Shown in pieces: positions 12,301 to 23,042 of a DNA stretch of 36,059 nucleotides. Within the stretch, counting starts at the first letter, position 1. Every line of letters starts with the position of its first letter. The notes below the pieces were generated by a model. The model saw only the letters and a program-made list of their open reading frames with translations, had not been told where the DNA came from and did no database searches. The DNA lies in the NCBI RefSeq assembly GCF_001194135.2, contig NC_068997.1:27148284-27184342 (forward strand). Reading direction: 5' to 3'. The translations under genes were made by a program, and so were the position numbers. The DNA comes from Octopus bimaculoides (lineage: Eukaryota).

Positions 12301-15300
12301 GATCAATTTCCTGTAGTGAACAGTTACTCAAGTCAAAGTTTTTCAAATGGTACGGCAAACGGAGAGAGTTTATAGATTTTGTCATATTGTTTCCTTGTAG
12401 AGAAAAATTTTTCAATGATAAAAGTTGAATGAAAGCATCTGACGAAATCTCGGTCAGTTTATTATGACCGAGGTCAAGTTCATTAAGGTTTAACGGGACT
12501 TCACTGAACATATTTTTTGATAGGGTTTGAATTAAATTTTCAGACAGATCCAAACTGTTGAGCTTAGAAAGGGACAAGTGGCCATAAATTGTTTGAATTT
12601 GATTTTTTGATAAATTCAAACTTGAAAGATTTTTTAGATTGCTAAATGTTTTCAGTTTGATCTGTTTTAATTTGTTATTAGACAAATCCAGTTTTTCCAG
12701 ATTTGGACAATCCTGGAAAAGGCTGTCAGAAAGTTCCTGTATTTTGTTATTTTGTAGATGTAGATGTAGGCTGTTTGTTACTATTGGCTTGGTTAGATAA
12801 ATAATTTCATTCGAACTGATATCTAGTGTTTGCCATTTTGGGTAGCTGAGTAAACTGTAAGGAAGATCTAACAACTTGTTGTTGGATACATTTAGTCCTT
12901 GAAGATTGGGCATCGACCCGAGGTTGATAAGTATGGTATCATTTTGGTTTTGAGTGAAATTTAGTTGCAGGATAGTGTTGTTAGTAATTGAAATAGAGGA
13001 AATATTATTATATGACAGTTGAAAGAAGGTGACATTGCTGTAGGTACAGTTGAAGCATTTCAAGTTCATAAAGTCTGGTGAATAATTCAAAATATATGAT
13101 GTTGTTAATGTAGCGCCAAACAGCCAAGTAACAATCAGTGCATGTCGCAGCATTTTTCTGTAGAATGGTATCTGCTGGAATAAAAAAAACCCAAAATAGT
13201 TGAAAAATAAAAAACAGTTATATGATAGAAGAGCAGAATGAAATAAGTGGAGCAAAAGCACACACAAAGATGAAAAGTGTTATTGAAGAGGTCACAGATG
13301 TGTGATGAAAGATTTCCAGACAATGGACATGAGTTAGAATAAGAACAGCAATAAACCAGTGAAGAACAAATATATAGTGCATGTGTTTATTTTTATGTGG
13401 CACAAGCACCCATGAGCCCACAAGATTAGGATCACTTGGCTGAAGAGGAATACAGGGGACATACCTGTATGTAAGGACAACCACAATTTTACTTAGCTTG
13501 ACGTGTCATATATATTGTTGCATATATGTACATATATATATATATTACTTGTTTCACTTATTTGACTGCAGCTATGCTGGAGTGCCACCTTTAGTTGAAC
13601 AAATTGACCCTAGGGCTTATTCTTTGTAACCCTAGTACTTATTCTATCTGTTTCTTTTGCTGAACCACTAAGTTATGGGGATGTAAACAAACCAAGGTCA
13701 GTTGTCAAGCAATGGTGCGGGGACAAACATAGAAACAAACACACAAATATATACTTTATATATATTGCCAGAAACACTTCTGGTCTTTATTACTTTCCCA
13801 TTCTTCTTGTGTTTTGTAGCTTTAATACAACTCACGTGTCCCTTGTACAGTTGATAATCCTTGGTAGCTTCTAAATGCCCAAATGTGTGTACCCTTGTCT
13901 TGACATTATGTAATAATTGCAAATGCACATCAGTATCATACAAGTGTCTTTCATTTCTAGTCTTTCAAGGAAAACATCTCAGGTAATGAGGAAATATTAC
14001 CATGCTTGGAAACAGGTGAGGGTTGATGACAGGAAGGGCATCCAGCCACAAAATAGTCTGCCTCAGTGAATTCCATCTAATCCATGCAACCATTGAAGAG
14101 TGGATGTTAAATGATGATGATGTTGATTGTATATATGGCTGTAGGGTTATAAAGTTCACTTTGGAACCATGTGGCTTAAGAGTTCATTCCCAATATGTTG
14201 ATACTATCAGCTGCTATCTTTTATTGTAGCTGTGGGTTGACCAGAGCCTTGTGAGTGAAATTAATTAGATAGAAACAAGAAGAAGCCTTTCATATATTCA
14301 TACACACACACACACACACACACACATTATAGATATATGTTCATTTAATGTTTGCTTTTCCATATTAGCATGGAATGGGTTAATTACTTGAAGTAGTATT
14401 TTATAGCCAGACTAACTAATTTCAGATTAGAGGCATGCATGTGCGTGTTTGTGTATTTCCTTTGTCTTGACTTGTACGTGGTGATTGTAAACAAAGGTCA
14501 GTTAAAACCACTTTTCATTTGTTTGCAATCCTCCATGAAATTATGTCTCACCAATGAGTCATTTGTCGTTCAAAAGATGGGGAAATATCAACCCTGAATG
14601 GAACACCAGTCTATCACAAGGTTACTCATTTTTGCCAGTTGAGTGAACTGGAACAACATGACATGAAGTCTTTTGCTCAAGAACACAATGCACTACCCGG
14701 TATGGGAATCAAAATCATGATTTTGCGATCATGAATGCAATCCCCTAACCACTAGGCCATGCGCCTTCACTCAAATTTGTTTATTGTAATTTTATTTTAC
14801 CTTCAAACACAAAGATTATAAAAGAAATAGTTTATGATAATACAAAACACACTTGTACATTTAACGAACACTTTAAAACAGAGGCATGGCTGTGTGGTAA
14901 GAAGCTTGCTTCCCAACCACATGGTTCTGGGTTAAGTCCTATTGTGTGGCGCCTTATGCAAGTGTCTTCTACAGTAGCCTTGGACTGACCAAAGCCTTGT
15001 GAGTGGATTTGGTAGACGGAAACTGACAGAAGCTTGTCGTATAGATATGTATATATTCATGTGTGAGTGTCTTTCTGTCTGTGTTCCCCCACCATTGTTT
15101 AATAACCGATGTTGGTGTGTTTATGTTCCCATCAATCGAGCAGTTTAGATAAAGACACCGATAGAATAAGTACCAGGCTTACAATGAATAAGTCCTGGGG
15201 TCGATTNNNNNNNNNNNNNNNNNNNNNNNNNNNNNNNNNNNNNNNNNNNNNNNNNNNNNNNNNNNNNNNNNNNNNNNNNNNNNNNNNNNNNNNNNNNNNN

Positions 15301-18300
15301 NNNNNNATATATATATATATATATATATATACACACGCATATGTATGTATGTGTGTGTGTATACATCTATACCTATAGGTGTACATACATCTACATAAGC
15401 ATATGCAGAAGGGCGAGGATATATGGAGAAATTGCATAACACCTAGAATAAAGATCCGGTTGATAAAAGGCTGGTATTGGCTCAAAGTAGCTAAATTGTC
15501 CTCTAGAATTCACATTTCAGTTGAGACTTAACAGCACTCTTATTGTTTGCTGTTGTCCAAAACAACCGGATTTTCAATATTTACAAAAGATGCCACAAAG
15601 AAAGGAACAAAAACTGAGAAAGTGAAAGAAGCCAAGCAAGAGGAGATTAACGAAAGAAAGCAAAAGGGACAAAGAAGTATATAACAAATGACAATATCTA
15701 CTACATATGTGTGTTTGTAGCATTGTTAACTAACTCCTCCTACATCGTTTTATTGATTTTGATGAAACTTGACACGCAAGTAGAACTCATGTCTGGAAAC
15801 CTCATGGCATACTCAGATTGTTGAAAAACATTGATAATATGGTCCCTGGAAGGGACCATTATATCTACCTCATATAACTAATTTTTTTAAGCACCCAAGG
15901 GAAATAACCCATAGCACCTGTATAATATTTTTTTTAAACACTCAAGGGAAATAACCCATTTCATTGTTTATGAATTGAATTCGATTACTTTGAATATTGA
16001 TTTTTCTTGTGTCCTATTTCTAATTTTTGCAGACAATATCATTTGACATGTGAGTAGAACTCATGTCTGGAAATCTTGTAAAAATCAATAATAGGGCACT
16101 TCCAATGGATCCTTCTATCTACTACATATTACTAATATTTTATTTAAGCAACCCTAGGGAAATAACTCTTACCACCTGCAGAAGCAATCAATATTTGATT
16201 CTCATACTCAGCCGACCTATATATATATATATATATATATAATTATTATAAGATCTGGTAATTAGTCATATATTAATATATTAATTAATATCGATTAATT
16301 ATCAGGGGGCCAGCACATTTAAAGAATCAAAGAAATTCAGAAATATTATCTGCAATCTCAGGGGATTAAGGTACATTTTAAAAATAACGTCGACCACTAA
16401 CGTGGACAATTAATGTGCTAGAAATAGATCACATTTTGTGTCTATTAAGACCTAAAAAGTTCTCAACATGAAATATAGCAGCATACCAAAAACGTGAGCG
16501 GGCAAGACATTTAAAATCACCTAAAAAAATCATTATTAAACAGGAACCAGGTTTCAGATTTAACAAATTCTTACCATTTGTCTATTCCTCATCAGCCTGA
16601 TTTGTAATGTAGCAGCAATTATCAGAATCGTATGTATAGTTGCCCACTGCCATGGGTGTGCGTGCATATGGTTCTGCTAATTACAGCTTAATGGTAAAGT
16701 TCAAAAGTCTTCGTTTTGGCGCGCTAATTTCAGGAATATATCTGCAGAAACTATTTACTGCGTCGAATATATTCAGAATGAGAACATGAGTATGGGTAAA
16801 TATTATTATAAGATCTGGTAATTAGTCATATATTAATATATTAATTAATATCGATTAATTATCAGGGGGCCAGCACGTTAGTGGTCGACGTTAGTGGTCG
16901 ACGTTAGTGGTCGACGTTATTTTTAAAATGTACCTTAATCCCCTGAGATTGCAGATAATATTTCTGAGTCTCTTTGATTCTTTAAATGTGCTGGCCCCCT
17001 GATAATTAATCGATATTAATTAATATATTAATATATGACTAATTACCAGATCTTATAATAATATTTACCCATTACTCATGTTCTCATTCTGAATATATTC
17101 GACGCAGTAAATAGTTTCTGCGGATATATTCCTGAAATTAGCGCGCCAAAACGAAGTCTTTTGAACTTTACCATTAAGCTGTAATTAGCAGAACCATATG
17201 CACGCACACCCATGGCGGTGGGCAACTATACNNNNNNNNNNNNNNNNNNNNNNNNNNNNNNNNNNNNNNNNNNNNNNNNNNNNNNNNNNNNNNNNNNNNN
17301 NNNNNNNNNNNNNNNNNNNNNNNNNNNNNNNNNNNNNNNATATATATATATATATAGTAATAAATGAATAGCTGAATCACTACCAGAACTAGAGTACTTC
17401 CAGGTGTGGAAGCAAGGTCTAGAATCAAAGGGCCTTAGAGTTAACCTAGCAAAAACCAAAGTCTTAGTAAGTAGGAAGGCAGACAAATCACAAATCCCTT
17501 CAGGTAGATGGCCCTGCTTGATCTGTAGAAAAAGCATAGGTAGAAACTCGATAAGATGCACCCAGTGTAAGCTTTGGACACAAAAGGTGCAGCAATATCA
17601 GAGGAAGGTTAACAGGGAATATTGCTATTGTGTGTGTGGAAGATGCATAAGTACAATAAACACCAAACATGCACAGAAAATAGACTCCATCAACTGCCAG
17701 CAGGGATAAAGCTAGAGGTAGTAGATAGCTTCTGTTATCTAGGTAATAAAATTAGTAGCAGAGGTGGATGTGCCGAGACCATAATTGTGAGAATAAGATA
17801 AGGTTGGGCAAAGTTCAGAGAGCTCCTCCCTCTACTGGCAACAAAGGGCTTCTCTCTCAGAGTGAAAGACAGATTGTATGGTGCCTGTGTGCAAACAGCT
17901 ATGCTACATAGCAGTGAAACATGGGCTGTGACAGATGAGGACATGCGTAGGCTTGAAAGAAATGAAGCTAGTATGCTTCGCTGGATGTGCAATGTCGGTG
18001 TGCATGTTCGACAGACTGTAAGCATCTTGAGAGAAAAGTTGGGAATAAGAGGCATCAGATGTGGTGTGCAAGAGAGACAACTGCACTTGTATAGTCATGT
18101 GATGCGTATGGACGAGAACAGCTGTGTAAAGAAGTGCCGATCTCTAACTGTGGAGGGAACCTGTGGTAGAGGTAGACCCAGAAGACATGGGATGAGCTGG
18201 TGAAGCATGATCTTCAAACTTTGGGCCTCACAGAAGCAGTGAGTAGTCCCCAAGATTTTTGAGGATGTGCTGTGCTTGAGAAGACCTGTCAAGCCAAGTG

Positions 18301-19897
18301 AAATCGTAGGCATAGCTGATGCTGGTGTCACGTTACTGGCACGTAAAAAGCACCTTTCAGGCATTCGGTCTCATGGAGGCATAGTGGCTGAGCTCCTTTC
18401 AAGCATTTGGCCTCATCGAGGCAATGACCGAGACCTTTGGCATTATGCCGTACTTGAGAAGAAGACCCATCAAGCTGAGCAAAACCACAGTTGTGGCAGA
18501 TACCAGTGTCATACAAATGGTACCCATGTCGGCAGCACATAAAAGCACCTATTACACTCTTCTGAGTGGTTGGCATTAGGAAGGGCATCCAACTGTAGAA
18601 ACCATGCCAAATTGGACTGGAGTTTTGTGCAGGCTTCCAACTTGCCTGTCCTGGTCAAACTGTCCAACCCATGCCAGCATGGACAATGGATGTTAAATGG
18701 TGATGATGATGATGATGATGTTGGGTTACTAAATCATTGCTGAATTTCTCTATTGATGACTGCTAGCCCTCAATGTGCCTACTAAATAATGTGTTTTCCA
18801 TCAGTTTATCAAATTGGCTCATCACAAAATCTCATGTGTGACATATACAGATCCTCCTATTTGCATGAACCATTAAACAACAATAGTGACAACAGCACTA
18901 CTTGAACAGGTTCTACATTCTCTCAGCCATGGCTTGTTTTAGTGATATTAAAATTATACTCGGGTTTAGACCTGGGTCCCATATATGTGTGACCTGGTAA
19001 TAAATGTGTGTGTGTGTGTGTTTGTGTTTGTTTGTGTGCGTGTATGATACAGTTTATAAAATGTAGGTGACTGCTACTTGTCTTCTCATTGTTAATAAAG
19101 TGAAAATATGTGGAACTTATTAAAAACTCTAGTCAGAGGCAGTCAATGATGTCTATGAAAAGAAAGCAATGTGCAAAGGTGTTAGCATGTGATTAAATAT
19201 GCTGTTCTGGTTGATAAAGTAAGTAGGTATGTATTGTAGTTAGTCAAAAGGTGAGCTGGAGGTATGTAATCACTAAATATAAAGGACAAACTACGTTGGT
19301 GCATGTTAAGCACTTTTGAGGCAGTAAATAAGCTTATGGAGGCAGTTTTGGCTGCTATATTTTGTAGGTCAAACTACTACACAGAAACTGTCTTGCTTGT
19401 GTGGCCCCTATTTTATATACAGGTATTTATCAAGGAGATTGAGTAATTTTTTCTTGGGTTGTGCAGCCCATATTTTGAAACTAGATGGGTATTTAGTGAG
19501 TGAGATTGATCAAGCTTTTTACTGGGTTGTGTGGCCCTTATTTTGAAAACAGTAGGATGTTTAGCGTGGTGAATTGAGCAAATCTTTTTCTGGGTTGCAT
19601 GGTCCCTGTTATGAAAACACTTTAGAGTTTATTGAGAGAGATTGATTTTTCTTTTTATTGGATTGTATGATATCTGTTTTGAAAACAATTGAGAATTTAT
19701 CAAGGGAAGCTAAGTTTATCACTGGTTTGTATGGTTCCTGTTTTAAAGGAATATTCTTTGTGTTTGCTTTGAAGGGTTTTTGTCAAACAAATTGAGTCCA
19801 GGACTTATTTTTCATTTTTTCAAGAGTCTGGATACTTATTCTTAAGTTCACTACTTGTTTGTTTGGTCCCTGTTTTAAAGGAATCTTCTTTAAATTT

Positions 19898-19931
<34 letters not shown>

Positions 19932-22900
19932 GGGAGGCTCATGGATTCATTTGATCAGGATTGACTTGAGCTAAACAACAACATATAAAATGGCCATCAT
20001 GTTCATTGTATCCAAATTTAGCAACCAGTCTATATATTGTAACCATTCTGCCTTTGTAATGTTTGCTTTAGATTTAGGATATAAATATATGTGTGGTCAC
20101 TGCTTTAAAGATGGTCATTATTTGATTGTGACATTAATGTTAAGTTGATTTCATACAATCTCTTATAGGGCTTGTATGATCCTAATTTTTAAAAAAATCA
20201 TAAAAGCTCCAGCATGGTCACAGCCTTAGGGCTGAAACATATAAAAGAATAAAAGAAAACAATTACATGGTTGTGTGGTGTGGAAGCTTCCTTGTAACAT
20301 TGTGGTTTTGGATTTAGTCGCATTGCACGGCGTTGGGTGTCTTCTGTTATAGCCTCAAGCCAACTAACACTTTGTAAGTGAATTTGGTAGACAGAAATTA
20401 TATAGAAGCCCATGATTGTGTTTGTCCCCCACTTCTGCTTGACAACTGATGCTGGTTTGTTTATATCCCTTAACTCTGTGGTTTAGTGTAAGAGGCCAAT
20501 GCCGCCAGACTTAAAAAGTAGCACTAGAATTAATCTGTTTGGTTCAGACCCTTCAAGGTGGTACCCCCAGCATGGCTGTAGTTCAATGATTGAAACAAAT
20601 AAAAAAATTAAATAAAAGAATGGTAAATTTGTTGAGGATTACCTGGCTGTTATATTGAGAAGGATAAGTTACTGTGACATTGAAAACCCCTTACTGGTTT
20701 CCATGGAATTTATCTTAAAAATATCATGAAATTTCTTGAAGGACTCAACTGTTACACTGAATAAACCAAATGTCTTTCAGAAAGTGCTCTTGCTGGTTTT
20801 ATTTATTTATATTTTTATCTTTTAGTCAAGAAAGAAGCCCAGTGTTCCTCACCCATAACAGACCCCTTCTCCCCAAGACTAGTGGGAAGAAGGAAGATAT
20901 TTTCAAGCTGGAGACTTGGCCTGAATGCTTGCCTGCAATAGAGTGGACCCTGCTAAAGGCACTTAAGAGCATGGTGTCTTCATTTTAAAGACAGATGGCA
21001 GTTTTATTGTTTGATCCCTTTTATTATCCTAATTTTAAAGATAATAGGGAGTTTGTTTAGAGTTATATGACTGATAATTTAAATAAGTAGAGTGATTTAC
21101 TTAGAATCTTCTTCCATTGGTTCATCTGCGACCCAAGATGGAAGAAATTTGTAGAGTCAGATTTGTTGGGCTGCTATGTTTAGCTGTTCAGTTGACGTCA
21201 TAATCTTCCCACAGTTATCAGACTGTGTGTTGATGTAAGTCTGGGTGCAAAGCTAATTAATAGAACCTACCTTTGCGAAATAATTAACATTTCAGATTCC
21301 TGTCAAACAGGATTAGATATTTTGGTTGTGGGAGATTTGTTGTTGTGAGAATTAAAGCGATACGAATCCATTTAATACTCTTTGTCTCACTTTCTCTGTA
21401 AATCTGGCTTTGTCTATAAATCTCTCTTTCTCTATCCATAAGTATACACAGACACGTGTCAAGCATGAAGTGATGCGTGTGCAATCAAATATAACAAAAT
21501 TACAACTTGCATAGTTACACAAACCATTATGTCACTCTTCTTTAACTTCCTTCACTCCTTATACTCTGTCACTTTGTCTTTTCAACAGTTTTGGATGATA
21601 TATCTTGGCAGATAGTTTTTAGGTTAACACTAGAGAAGAAGGCTATGATACATTAAACTTTCTAGAATTACATTATACTGACCTTTCTAAGACCACATTA
21701 CATTCACTTTGTTAGGATCATACAGTGAATGACCTTTCTAGGAAAATTTTAAAAAGGTTCCTTTCTGGGTCCATACCTCAGTTAATGAGTTCTCATTAAC
21801 TGTTTTCTTACCATATTTCTGTTGTAACACACTTTCTTTGTTTCATTTATTTTGAAAATAATGAAGACCTTAGTATAACAACTTTGTCATTATTAACCTT
21901 TTCATTACCGTAACTTATTGGTGCGGCAAAAGAGACTGATAGAATAAGTACTAGGCTTATTTGTAAGTCCTGGGGTCAATATGTTCGATTAAAGGAGGTG
22001 CTCCAACATGGCCACAGCAATAAATGACCAGCAGCAATAAAACATCATGTTTAAAACAGCAAGAATATACATTATTGTCATTTATTTATGAAGGTTGAGC
22101 ATTGTACTTTTAATTTGGTGTTAGTGTGAATTTTGTGGTGTTTGACTTACATGGCAGGCTCCCATGCATTGCCCACCTTTCCCTAAACTGACATATACAT
22201 ACCCCCTTCCACAGATAGACATGTTTCAGGGTGTCTGTATGTACATGTAATTGATAAATAGCTGACTGGACAGATAGACAAGTAGGTGGATGTAGACAGC
22301 TAGCTAAGTTAGTGTTACCATATTTAATGCTATGAGCCTCCAAAATATATGGATGGTTAGATAGATAGATAGATAGATAAACAGACAGACAGACAAACAG
22401 ATAATACAGATTTATAGATGGCTGGGCAGACGTATACAGAGGTAAGCAAGCAGATATAAGAATAGACAGATAGATATATTGATAGATAAATAGATATACA
22501 AATAGATATATAGTCAAAGAGATAGATTGATATGTAGATAGACAGATGTATAGATAGGTATGTTGATAGACAGGCAGGCAGGTAAATAGATATATGGAAG
22601 GGTGTAAAGGTACATATATAGAAAAATGTAATGGAAGAGAAGTTATTACAACTAGAAGTGGGGTTTGTGCCTTTAAAAATAAGGAACTTTCCACAGAGTT
22701 TCTTAACACTCATTGCTAATTTGTTTTTTTTCTTTCTTTTCTCTAGGTAATTGTTTCAATGCTATCTGTGCCTGCCATATTCTACAGACCAAAAGGACGA
22801 GAGGAAGATTCTGATTCTTCAAGAGAGAAGTTCCAAGTGCCTGAGAGTGACCATTTAACTTATCTGAATGTCTATCAGCAATGGAAAAGAAATGGGTGAG

Positions 22901-22998
22901 TTAGAATATTGCAACTGTATAACAAATCATGGAAGTTCTTACGCTATTGGTAACTAAGGGTGGATGATGAATATAGGAGAGAGGGAGANNNNNNNNNN

Positions 22999-23042
<44 letters not shown>

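Noticed and set aside
13154-13267. N-terminal 38 codons of the 595-aa ORF (MCVLLLHLF...)
   Set aside because: This Phe/Leu-rich stretch is a translated polypyrimidine tract with acceptor AGs. The start codon is not ATG, and a good ATG with a signal peptide follows at 13153.
14700-14769. tRNA gene
   Set aside because: Only an A-box-like start is present, with no complete cloverleaf; it is a SINE head.
15700-16215. Degenerate repeat with internal duplications (GTAGAACTCATGTCTGGAAA twice, AGGGAAATAAC three times)
   Set aside because: Probably an old non-autonomous transposon, but I cannot define its ends or family from the sequence alone.
16877-16915. Triple 13-mer as a CRISPR-like array
   Set aside because: There are no spacers and the context is eukaryotic; it is a slippage product at the inversion junction.
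19395-19760. Regular 68-bp periodicity as a CRISPR array
   Set aside because: Whole units are homologous and diverged, with no unique spacers and no cas genes.
22110-22713. 199-aa and 118-aa ORFs rich in Y, L, S and I
   Set aside because: Translation of a (GATA)/(GACA) microsatellite.
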